A stretch of 64,000 bases of DNA, from positions 992,001-1,056,000 of the forward strand of contig JBLDXI010000023.1 in the NCBI GenBank assembly GCA_047495785.1, given 5' to 3'. Source of the stretch: Lepidodermella squamata (Eukaryota; Animalia; Gastrotricha). A program made the translations under genes and the position numbers. The notes under the pieces are model-generated. The model worked only from the letters and a program-made list of their open reading frames with translations. It was not told the DNA's origin and searched no databases. Shown here in pieces: positions 34,340 to 45,533 of the stretch (position 1 is the stretch's first letter; every line of letters begins with the position of its first letter).

Positions 34340-37214
34340 CTAGCCTATGAAGTCGGGCAGAGGACCACGAGGAAGTCTGTTGCTCAACAGCACGAAGGGC
34401 GAGCGCGGAGGGGGGCGGGCCATCAGGCGGACGCTCTCGAGGTCCTCGCGCAGCGGCAGGACAAACTGAGCGGCTTTGGCGACATAACGGCGCTGGCACT
34501 TTTCCAGAAACCGAGGGACGCTCGGGATGCGGCAACGAGATTCCAACTCCGACACGCGGACCCTGTCGTCCCGACGAATGTGGAGCATTGCACGCAGGCT
34601 ATCATTTTGGATGACTGCGAGACGATTAAGCTGTTGCTTCGAGGCGGTAGCCAGACAAATGGTCCCATAAGACCAGCACGAACGGACCAGAGTCAAGTAA
34701 AGGGTGCGGCGCCAGCGGCGCGACAGCCCAGGGGTGAACATGAGATGTTTGAAAAAACCCAGATTTCTGCGGCAACGGTCAGAGACCTTGTCCACATGAA
34801 CTTTCCACGTCAGTTTAGGGTCCAAGTGAACACCGAGAACTCGTAACGACTCGACTTGCGGAATTACGGCTCCGTTGAGCCTAACAGCAACGGACGCGTT
34901 ACCAAAGGGCATAACTTCGCTCTTCGCGGGATTAAACTTCTGGCGCCATTTCTTGGCCCAGTCGGAAATACGAGTGAGCTCCAATTGGAGGCGACGCTGA
35001 GCAGCAGGGAACGTGCCACCCTCGCCGACGACAGTTAGATCGTCCGCGTAGGCCTGCAGCAACGTGCCACCCACGCTTGGGGCGGACAGCAAATCGGCGG
35101 TGTACAGAATGTAGAGAAGCGGCGACAACGGGGAACCCTGCGGCACCCCGCAATGGACGACGACTTGACGACTCAGCGAGCCCGCCACGCGAGCCTGCAG
35201 ACGACGGTCGCGAAGATAGTCGGCCAGCCAGCCGACCAAATTTCGCGGGAGAGGCAGCTGGGCCAGCTTATGGACCAGCCCGGCGTGCCACACGGAATCG
35301 TAGGCCGCCTGAACATCCAAGCCGGCCACGACAGTCTTCTTGCGCAGGGAGCGGTTGACGTGGACGCGATGAACGATGCGAAGTGGGACATCGGGCGCGG
35401 AATGGTGCGGACGGAATGCAAACTGATTCTCAGGGAGAAGGTGTTGACTTTCGAGAAACTGGGTCATCCACCGAGCCACGATCGACTCCAGGAGCTTGGC
35501 GTCAGTCGGCAGCAAGGAGATGGGACGCTGTGACGAGACATGGTTCTGCGGCTTGCCGGCCTTTGGGATAGGCACAACCAACCGCTTCTTTCCACGCTTG
35601 AGGCACGTAGCGACTGCCAAGAGACATGTTGAACAGCCGACGAAGGTGGGTTTGCAGGACAGGGCCACCCCACTTCATGTAGATGTTTTGAATACCATCC
35701 AAGCCAGGGGCCTTGAAGGACTTCAAACGGCTAACAGCATCAGCGAGCATCCGTTGACTGACAGAAAACTCGCCGAGAGCGGGCAAGCGGATCACATCGG
35801 AAGCCTGAAGGTCAGGATCTGCAACGACATCGTCCTCGACTTGTTGCCACCACTGGCGAATGGCAGCGTCCCCATCGGGGTCGACGTAGGGCGACATCGG
35901 TTTGACGAAATGATCAAGCAGTGCATCAGCAAGGGCAGTAGAAGGCGGCAGGACACTGCCATCATCGAGCTTCATGTAGGTCAGGCGATCAACAGGGGTA
36001 GGGCGAAACTTATCGAGACGACGGAGGCGGGCATAAGCCTCTCGGTAGCGGTGCTGGAACGACAGAGCTTCAACATACCGCAGGTTGGAGATATCCCGCC
36101 GCAATTGCTGAGCCGCTTTCGCAGCGCGGAACTGGGCGTCCAAGGCGTTGATCCTATCGACAAGCCCGGCATCAACTCGATTGCCGAGCCCACGTTCAAG
36201 AATCCTCTTTCTTTCGAGCAGGCTACGCATGTCGCGGGTCATTGAAACTTTTCTCAACTGAGTGCGGTCGAGCAGAGGGACGTGAACACGGCGAGATTCG
36301 GCGATTGCCGCACCAACCTGGCGCCGATACGAGTCGATCCGAATCACTGGGTCGCCGACATTAGGCAGCGGGATTTCGGACAGCAGCCGGATCAGGGTAC
36401 GAGAGAATCCAAAACGATCGGCTCTGGAGATGTCGTAGCGAGGAGCAGGGTCCACGAGGTCGTAGACGTGAGCAGGGCCAGAGCCGGACGGAAGACGAAC
36501 CCTGACAGACGTGCAGAAGTGATCGCTGCTAAGTCGGTCGCCAACAGACACGCCACCATCGAGAAGGCGAAGCGCCGCGTCGTTGACAATCCAGATATCG
36601 AGCGTAGACAGGGTCTTGTGAGCTTTCGACAGGTGCGTGGGAGGCGAGGAGAGAACAGTCAGACCGAGACGGGTGACGAAATGATGTACGGAATAGCCGT
36701 GAGGGTTCCATAAATCGTGGGACTGTGAACCCCACAGTGGAGACTTGCCATTGAGATCCCCGCTAAAGATACAGGGGAGGCCGGAGGCGGAGGCCCCAGC
36801 GAACTCGGTTTCCAGGAAGCTGAGATCCAAGGACGACGTCGGCGGACAATAGCCGGTAAGAAGACGAACAACAGACGAGCCAGCGAAAGGGACAGCATCC
36901 AAAGCGAGCCACTCACTAAGCTTGCGACCAGTCAGAGCCAGCCGCCGCTCGGCGACCACGAGAGCGCCCTCCCGAACAAACAGAGCAGCGCCGCCACGAG
37001 CGCCGTTGAGCAACAGATCCTCGGAGTCCTGTACCCGATCACAACGAAAAATTGCATAATCCCTAGAGGTTACACGCAAAAGAGAGAAAAGAAAGGATTC
37101 ACTTATGAAAAGAGCAAAGGGTTTATAAGTCTCTAGCTGTTGACAAGTTTCAGCTTCCTTGCCGGGGAGGCCGCACGGATTCCATTGTAGTAGCGTACGC
37201 AGCGTATTAGCCAT
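34340..37214 (-). CDS. LINE ORF2, AP endonuclease plus reverse transcriptase, one frameshift near 35578
   Basis: Starts MANTLRTLLQWN at 37214. APE motifs SES, GGAA, GDLN and SDH; RT motifs KAPGLDGI, RPISLL, QGSPLSP and YADD. One extra G breaks WKEAV|VVPIPK. Confidence 0.88.
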
Positions 37215-38781
37215 TACGGGTCGAGCTGGTTTGTGGCGGCAGCGGGGAGGCGAAGAGCCGGTCGAATAAGCGGCCGACAGTGTCGAGTCGGCGCTCGAAA
37301 GCGGCTTCCATACGCTGGAACCGCTCTTCCATAAGACTAAAGAGCCGGGCGCCATCAGGCGACAGAAAGTGACCGCGGAGTGCAGGATTAACAGGCGGAG
37401 CAGCAGGAGGCACCCACGACGGAGAAGGGGATGGCCACGGAGCAGGCGTTGGTCCGCCGACAAAGTCACGAGTGGAGAGAAAGTGCGTGGGGCCACCCCG
37501 CAGGTGCTCGGGGACCTTCGCTTGTTGACGACGCTTTTCACGTTCGGCGGCTTTCGCTTCACGGGCGACGGCGATGGCACGGCGACGGGCCACCTCGTCA
37601 GCCTGGGCGGTCTTGAACGCAGGGCAGCCCCGCCACGAACCAGAATGATGAGGCTCACCGCCGCCACTGCAGTGGGGGCAACGACGATCTTCAGGCTCAG
37701 CGAGACAGGTGGAAATCGTGTGATCAGTCGCAGCACAGCGGCTGCAGCGTTGCGTGGTGTCCGGAGAACAGTCGACAGCGACATGGCCGTAAGCGGCGCA
37801 CTTCAGACAGGTAGGCGGGAGAGCCTTGCTTTTCAACTTGTGGACTTTAATGCGACGATTCAGAAACTTGACACCGTTAGCCATGGCATCCTCGTAATGC
37901 TCAGCCGTTCGAAAGACGAGCACCATCGGCGACGTCTGCTTACCAGGAAGCGGGGGAATCTCGCGGATTTCCTCGATATACTCGGGCCGGAAAAGGGGGC
38001 GCAGAGTATCGCCAGTGTAACAGGAGGGCAGGCGGTAGCATATGGCCGAGCGTTTGTCTTTCAAAATGCGATCTGATTCGGTCACAGTCGGGTCAGGCCG
38101 GCCCGGATAGTGAATGCGGAAGTCTGAGTCGCGAAACGCACCCTTAGGGAAGCCGGCACGCTTGAGTAGCTTGTCAGCGTCCGTCGCAGTGGCGCACTTC
38201 ACGCGGAGGCCGCCGCTGCTCATGACATCGACAGCGACGGGCGCCAGCCATGGCGCAACGCGGACCAACTCTGGCTCGAGCTCTCCACGAGTCATGCCAG
38301 TGACGCGGTCGATTATCACGACCTTGTAGTTGACAGGCGCCTCTTGAGGTCCAATAGACGGGTGGGGAGCAGATGTACGAGTCGGGGGCGGCGGCGGCGG
38401 CGGGTCTTCCTTGCGCGCCACTTTACGCTTTGGCGACGCTTGCTGCCACGGCTGATTCGACGCCCCACTTGACGACGGGGGTGGGGAGGACGGTGGACTG
38501 TCAACAGACATCTGAAGGTCACCGAACGAAGACAGGTGAGGAGGGGACTGCCCAGTCGGCGGGCAGGGAGACGACGGAACGGTGTCAGCATTCTCCGAGC
38601 GTAACTGCTGGATTAGCTGCATGACGAGAGCAACTTGATCGACCGTAAGATCGTCGACCCGCAGCTTCTTCGCTCGCTCTTCGACAGTCATTCCAAATGG
38701 CTTCTTCGCTGGTGTAGCCATACTCCAGTAAACTTCCTCAAAGCTGTGGCGCGATGGGAAGCGTCGAGTAAATATTATCAA
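37207..38781 (-). CDS. LINE ORF1, gag-like with three zinc knuckles
   Basis: CLKCAAYGHVAVDC, CSRCAATDHTISTC and CPHC...HSGSWRGC. The true start may be the internal MATPAKK. Confidence 0.88.
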   Translation of the reverse strand: MIIFTRRFPSRHSFEEVYWSMATPAKKPFGMTVEERAKKLRVDDLTVDQVALVMQLIQQLRSENADTVPSSPCPPTGQSPPHLSSFGDLQMSVDSPPSSPPPSSSGASNQPWQQASPKRKVARKEDPPPPPPPTRTSAPHPSIGPQEAPVNYKVVIIDRVTGMTRGELEPELVRVAPWLAPVAVDVMSSGGLRVKCATATDADKLLKRAGFPKGAFRDSDFRIHYPGRPDPTVTESDRILKDKRSAICYRLPSCYTGDTLRPLFRPEYIEEIREIPPLPGKQTSPMVLVFRTAEHYEDAMANGVKFLNRRIKVHKLKSKALPPTCLKCAAYGHVAVDCSPDTTQRCSRCAATDHTISTCLAEPEDRRCPHCSGGGEPHHSGSWRGCPAFKTAQADEVARRRAIAVAREAKAAEREKRRQQAKVPEHLRGGPTHFLSTRDFVGGPTPAPWPSPSPSWVPPAAPPVNPALRGHFLSPDGARLFSLMEERFQRMEAAFERRLDTVGRLFDRLFASPLPPQTSSTRNG

Positions 38782-39699
38782 TTAAAAAACCTCAGAAAAT
38801 TTAATATTCAATCGCAGATATTCGCAGAAAGCAAAATATCGCACATAAATGTACTAGCGTATCAGATCTACTGTATTTAGGTATTCAATCTAAGTACTTG
38901 AAACTAATTTCTAATCATTCCCGTATTATCCGAAATAATTTGTTCGCTTCGACGTAGCGGAAAATTTTGAGATACCAAGCAAAGTCAGCCGTCATGCTCT
39001 TCATAAAATCATAAGCAGTGGGCAAAAAACCATGCAGCTCGTATATAGCCAAGCCCTTAGGTTACATCTAATTATGGCTCGATAGATGTAACCGCTGAGC
39101 CTTTCTGGTGACATTTTTGCAGTTCTCAGGCGGTGGTGATTACCTAAACATTGATTTTTCAATAAACTACTACAAACCAAAATACCTACCACTTCGGATT
39201 ATGATTCATAGCGCACGCCCTTTTTGTAATAATTTGGTGATCAGGGCAGTAAAGCAATATGTATGTTTTTTGCAGTGATTTGGCGTGCGGCGCGTTTCAG
39301 TAATTGGCACTGTTCTCTCGGTTTTATTAGTAGCTCGGGTTGCAAGAGTTTGAAGAAATCGACAGCAACTGCGTGGGGCAATAAAAGCTAGGGCATTGCG
39401 CAGCTACCATTCAGTCCTAAAATTTGCCGGTGCATTTGGTTAGCTTAAAAGAAATTCGTTTGTTTTTCGTAAATGGTTAATTCGCCAAAAGCCAAAAGCT
39501 CGCCCAGAGGTGGCTCTGGAATACAGCGAAAAAGAAAAAGGACATGGGAGTTAGATCCTGGCGTAACGCTCGATAACCTTCTTCCCATGCCAGGTCTTCC
39601 CACAAAAGACATTTTACTTGATTTGCGTGAGTATTTTAAAAAAATATTTAAGAAATATTGCTAAAAAAAATGTTGTAATTTAGCCAAAGAAAACTCGAA

Positions 39700-41428
39700 T
39701 TGGGGAGACCACGAGGTCAACGTGTGTCGCGCATTTGTTAAATTTCTACGAGTCACGGGCCGCAAAGCCACGAAATTCAATTTGCGCGTATATATCGAAT
39801 TTATCGACAGCATTTATCGCGCTCGATTGCCGGGTCGCTCTGCGACTTCCATCGTCGCCAAGGCTCGTTCTCTCCTTGAGGACGATTAAAAAACCTGGTG
39901 TTGAGTTGAGAAGGTGAACTACTGCGCGATTCTGAAAGAAATAAATTGACGACATTGGAAAACAATCGATTTTTTTATTCAAATTTCTGAACTTTTCAAA
40001 CCATCCTCACACAATCACACCTTGAAACTAGCGAAAAAGCTGTTCAAAATGCTGGCCGCCATGCGCAATGCATGATCGAACGCGCTCCTGCCAATTTCTC
40101 CGCACATTAGCCAGCGCTTCCTGCGTAACCTCTCCACAGGCGACTCGGATTCTTTCCTTCAGTTCATCCATACTGTCGATTCGCCCCCGATAAACTTTGT
40201 CTTTGAGGTGACCCCATAGGTAAAAATCGAGTGGCGTTAGATCCGGGGAACGAGGAGGCCACGGTACCGGACCTCCGCGCCCAACCCACCGGTGCGGAAA
40301 TCGTCGATCCAACCATTTGCGCACCTTGAGAGACCAGTGTGATGGGGCGCCGTCCTGCATAAACATGCTTCTAGGACCCACACGTTCTCGAATCAGCGGC
40401 CACAGCCATTGAACGAGCATCTTCAAATATTTCGCGCCATTAACACTGCCCTCGAAAAAATAGGGACCAATTATCGTGTCGCGAAATATTCCACACCAAA
40501 CGTCGACGCGTTCTGCACCCTGGTCTTGATTATCAATTATCTCATGTGGGTTGGATGTCGACCAGTGACGGAAGTTTTGCACGTCCACCTTACCACTTAA
40601 GCGAAATTTAGCCTCATCGCCAACCAGTATGTCCCACACGAAACCGATTTCAGATTCACATTGAGCGTCAAACCACGCCGAAAAATATAATCGCAGTTCG
40701 AAATCGGCGGGATTAAGTGATTGCACATGGCGCAATTTATAAGGGTGAAATCCAATTTTTTCAAAATTAATCTGATTCTTTCAGGGCTATAATTCAGCTC
40801 ACGACTGGCATCGCGAAGTGACTTGTTGGGATGTTGCGTAAAGTAATTGATAACCACATTTTCGACCTGATTCGTTGGAAGTTGATTTCTAGGCAAATCC
40901 GTCATCACCCCTAATGCAGAAAAAATAATTCCGATTAATCACCTGCGTGAGCTAAGTAATAAATTATTACCTGTGTTTACAAGGCGCGTGTAGTTTCTTT
41001 TAACCGTGTTAACAGATGGCTTCGGTCTAGTAGGATGTTTAGATCGAAATAATCGTGCCGCCAGACTCGCATTCTTTTTCTCGTGATATAGCAGCGCCAT
41101 TTCCGCGCGTTCGACAGGTGAGTAGTAAGAACCAGGCATTTTTTTTCAGAGAAAATTTTGCACTGACAGATGTGACTAACGACAATTATTCGTGCACCTG
41201 TTAAATTGTTTCGCATTCGTTGGGGCTCAACATGACCTAGGTCGCGGCGGCACTGTTAATTATTACGCGCTCAATCACTGCCAAGTTTTTTTACATGTAA
41301 ACATGTCTAATCTGATTCTACAGGATATCGACATCGGGCTGTGCAAGTACTCGCTATACAAACGTAATGCAGTACTACACGCAAATATTGCTAAGAAAGA
41401 TTATTGCCACTATAAAAAAGTCACCCTG
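39700..41428 (-). mobile_element. DD41D Tc1/mariner DNA transposon
   Basis: TIR-like end TA-CAGGGTGACTTTTTT at 41428 (minus strand), abutting a MITE half. The other TIR was not found, so the left boundary is approximate. Confidence 0.7.
40028..41139 (-). CDS. Tc1/mariner transposase, DD41D type, one intron and one frameshift
   Basis: HTH exon 41139-40971 and a 60-nt GT-AG intron at 40970-40911. Frameshift in an A run near 40755. Catalytic GDEAKF, QDGAPSH and SPDLTPLD, with 41 residues between the last two Asp. Confidence 0.85.
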
Positions 41429-41783
41429 TATATCAATCAAATCGAATCATCGACACCGATAATTCAAAATAAATGACGACACATCAGGATTTTCACCAAT
41501 CTTGGGGCTTTGCAAATTCAAGAAATTCGCTGTCCCTCTCCAGAGCAAACTTCTATCAAAAAAAGGCGGAAGTTTTGTTTACAGGCATCTGAGATTTCAA
41601 ATTTTCCATTGCATCCATCGCCGTAAATCAAAATCAAAATCAAAAGGTCTCCACGCCTAAATCAATCATTATAAATATAAATCACCAAAAATAGAGTCTA
41701 AATCAAATCAAATCCAAAGCACTGGTTCAAAGGATATAACTATCAGCTTTTGGAAAGTCTGTCATATTATGCCAGTTGTTTGA

Positions 41784-44700
41784 TCAAGATGGACTATTCC
41801 ATCCTGGCCAGCTCCGGAGATTTGGGCTGGACCTTAGCAGCATTCCAACCGTACTTCTGACACCAGTTGTGGTTGTCGCAGTTGTGGTTGTCGCAGTGGT
41901 AGTCGTCAAATACAACGGCATCGGTTTAGCCGTAACAGCTCCAGCGGCTCTTAGCGCGGCTATAGCCCGAGTATTGCCGTATATCAACGCTAAATCAAGC
42001 GGAGCATAGCCTTCGTCATTCAGCGCATTAATATTAGCTCCAGCTTGAATCAACTCGCCAACATTTTTAGTGGTTTCTCGAGCTGAGAGTTTATGTAGTA
42101 CAGTATCTCCCCTGCGGAGTTTTCGATTGATATCGTACCCTTTTTGAACTAGAAACCTGGCAAAACCGTTGAACTCGTAGTATTTCCAAATAAGGGTCAG
42201 ACACGTGTCGTCGTTTTTGTTCTGAGAATTCACGTCCACTCCAGTGAAATTTGCAAATCGTCTGGCCCGCGTGAGAGACATGTCGTCATTCTTACAAGTC
42301 AACAAAAAGGCGTTATTCCCATCATTGTCAACAGCCGATACATCTGCACCATTATGGACGAGAATATCGACCACATTTTCCGAGGTTACACTAGCTGCAA
42401 TCATTAACGGAGTTTTACCAGTTGATTCTCGTTCTTCTAGGTCGATGCCGGCAGTTTTGATCAGTAATCTCGCCAGATCAACGTCATCATCACGTGCAGC
42501 AAGATGTAGCAATGTATAATTTGTGTAGTGGTATTCGGTTGAATTAATCCTGATTGTAACATCGGCCCCATTTGATATCAGATATTCATAGGCTTGAGCG
42601 CGATCTGACGACTTCAAGTACATGGCTGCGACTACAAGTGGGGTCCTGCCTTCGGTATCCTTGTCAGAAACAGAATTTCCAGCCTCCTCAATAGCGAATT
42701 TTACTACTGGGAGAGCAGGCATCTTGGAGATCCGACAGGCCTCCAAAAGGATTTGATCTACGTGTTTAGAAGCTCCCTGTGAAATCAGGAATTTAACGAT
42801 CTCAAGGTTCGTTGCCGTCGCGTCGAGAATCGCCGTTCTCCCGTTCGCTTCCAAATCGGCATCTGCACCGAATTGCACGAGTAATTCAACCAGATCAAGG
42901 CGATTTTGTTCAGCTGCGAGCATTAAAGCAGATTTCTTGAACTCTGGATGAATCGCATTCGCATCGCCATAATTTTCGAGTAGAATCTGAAGCATTTCCA
43001 ACGAAGCATTAGCAACACTTAAAGCAGCAATCACCATTGGGATCGGTTGGTCGTAAATTAAGGTCTCACAACCTACGTAATCGTCGTGCTGTTCAATTAT
43101 GAGATCGTCCCCGCGGGCTTGATTGAGTCGAATCATTTCGCGAACAGCAGTGATGTTCCCAGCTTTGACATGTCCTGCAAATCTCTGAAGATGCATAATA
43201 ATTAGGCCAAATAATTATTTTCAGTCCTACGCTAATAAAGGTGGAAAGGGCTGGTTGATGGTACTAAACGCTCTACTACGGTGGATCTCTGGTTAACTGC
43301 TCGAAATGGTTGAAATCAGTGTTCGCAGTTGGGTCCTCGAGTTAGGGGGTGTCCCGTTGCAACTTTTGCCCCATTTGTAGACAAACTGGTTCCCCTCGTC
43401 GATAAAGTCAACTTTGAATTTTAACCCACCGAGATAAGCGATTCATTCCGCACAGCTTTAACGACTGATCGAGTAGTAATGCTGGTCTTCATTGCAGCAG
43501 TTGATCTTGCCTTGAAAATAGCTCCAACAATGGGCTGCAGTCCATCATTTATTGCCTCGTCGCTGGGCGTCAATGGCCACATTTTAGCGGAAGTTATTGC
43601 TGCTGGTGTCGTCGAAATTGTGGATGAACCCCAAAATGTTGGTGGCGGACCGATGCGCCAGTTCGATGATCTCATGGCTAACTCACTGCCCAAGGCAGCA
43701 CCCCGTCTTCTCAAATTGCCGATGCTGAGTTCATCTTTCCACATTGTCGCGATGTCCAAGGCAGTTTCGCCCCGGTCATTTGTTGCATTGACATCAACAC
43801 CCAGATCGAGCAAGGCCGCAAGAGTATGCTCCCGATTATTGGACGCTGCTGCGGACATGAGAGCGGTATAGCCCGCATCTTTAGCCCGAATGTTGAAATC
43901 GTAGCCTTTACTGGCTAAGTACTGCATAATTTCAACAAGATCCCAGTCGTTGACCTGCGAACCACTTCTCATTTGGAGGCGATAGTCGCAGGCAGAAAAA
44001 TCAGACCTTGAATTGACGTCATTCTGTCCGATTTCGATTGCAAACTTGATAAATGCTAAATGACCCAACTCAGTACGATCAATCTGACAAGCTTGCAGCA
44101 ACATATTACCCCCTTCGTAATTTCTCGCCTGCGCATCGGCTCCTTGGTCGATCAAGTATTGAAGTAAATCGATGGAATACCCCGTCCTAGCCGCGATCAG
44201 CAAAGGCGTGTTGTCTTCCTTGTCTTTCGCATTGACATCCATTTTGAATTGTTCCACGAGTAATTTAGCGAAAGGCACGGGATCACTAGTGTAAACCCGA
44301 CAAAGAATATGTAGGGCAGTTTGTCCAAGCCAGTTTCTGGAATCAGGCGATTCGAATGGCAGCAAGTAGTAAGCTAACCGAAGATATTCTTGAGTGACTG
44401 GGCCGTCAAAGGCAACCATCAACGCCGTTCTGTTCTCCTGGTCTCGAACATCCGTCCTTGCTGCGTAATTTTCAACTAGCAGTCTCGCTAGGTCAAGCCG
44501 GCCACCTCTTGCTGCCCAGAGAAACGGAGTTTTTGAATCAGCGCTAACATCCATGCGCTCCACAACATTTTTACCGATTCGATACTCGGAGTAGCCATAA
44601 CTCCTAGCCTCAACATTGGCGCCATTTCGTAGTAGTAATTCGACCATTTCGTAGCTCTGATTTGTTCGAATTGCATTCACTAAAGCCGGGGCTCGGTTTC

Positions 44701-44932
44701 TTGGTCGGTAAACTGCCGTGGAATTTGCGTTAGCAAGGCCCGAATTTAACATTTGCCGAACGGTTGAAATTTGGCCTGACATAACAGCTTGGTTGAAAGC
44801 CTAAATGAACCACTTAAAACCTGAAGAAGCTATACACGTTCAAGCTCTTACGCTGTCGTAATCGATCGCCCTTGCGTAAATGATCGCAACCGCGGAACAT
44901 ATTTCGAACAAAATTACGTAAAGGGATATCAT
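41784..44932 (-). CDS. Secreted ankyrin-repeat protein, copy 6 (3 exons, 950 aa)
   Basis: Exons 44932-44852 (MISLYVILFEICSAVAIIYARAIDYDS), 44800-43430 and 43184-41784. Ends RSWPGWNSPS. Confidence 0.9.
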
Positions 44933-45533
44933 TGGACTTCAACATTGAGATTATAAATTCTTAAGAGAAAGGGCTCAAATCAACGAGACATGAATGTTTT
45001 TTCAGCTATCATTAAGCAATAAAAACACGATTCTACTACGGCATTGCCAAACGTGGTCATCCAGGTTTGCCAAAGTGGTTTTTTCCACCTTGAGGAATTT
45101 TGTTTTTTTACATAATCACGTGACGCCATTGTGTTCAAGCCATTGTGTTTATATGCTCACCCAGTTACGCAGTTTAGCCATTGCTTACAGAGGCACAATA
45201 GAACCCGTAGATCACACAAACCGTAGTAGGGGAAAGCATTTATTAAGGAATTTTCTATCATCTCAAAAACAAATTTCAGATAATGACCGAAACATTTCCT
45301 CAATTCCGCGTAATCTCTCTGCATATAGCATACACCGTTCTCATAAGTCTGCTGTAATCGTTTTTGAAAATGAATAAGGTATTCCTTTCAGGATATATAC
45401 TCCCGCGATTTACCCTGATTCTAAAAATTGGTTGTTGATTTCATCAGACTTGCCAGGAAGCAAAGTTTTATTCACCCGAGAAGACTCTCATATCTCTCAA
45501 CAAATCACTTTCTCATCATTTATCGCATCTAGA

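Larger units (their letters stand above)
33948..38800 (-). mobile_element. Near full-length non-LTR retrotransposon (APE-RT LINE, Jockey/I-group-like)
   Basis: Gag-like ORF1 plus endonuclease/RT ORF2. 3' UTR ends AATAAA followed by an (ATGTTT)n tail near 33948. GC-rich relative to the flanks. 5' end and TSD not resolved. Confidence 0.9.

Noticed and set aside
34340-37214. Reverse transcriptase next to variable genes as a diversity-generating retroelement
   Set aside because: The RT is an ordinary APE-LINE ORF2 with a gag-like ORF1. No template/variable repeat pair or adenine-specific variation was seen.
37215-37784. N-terminal 190 aa of the 760-aa ORF
   Set aside because: It overlaps ORF1 in another frame; endonuclease homology begins at MANTLRTLLQWN (37214).
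34215-38624. Numerous overlapping ORFs on both strands
   Set aside because: A by-product of the GC-rich LINE sequence.
4021-43871. Recurrent plus-strand ORFs (MLVFIAAVDLALKIAP..., MKFAN...) in each repeat unit
   Set aside because: Antisense shadows of the conserved ankyrin exons, with no independent features.
2296-44782. Two-gene operon-like pairs, or a bacterial endosymbiont ankyrin island
   Set aside because: Conserved phase-compatible GT-AG sites join the ORFs, the ORF tails (ISVGYN, ISVC) are intron read-through, and the context is eukaryotic.
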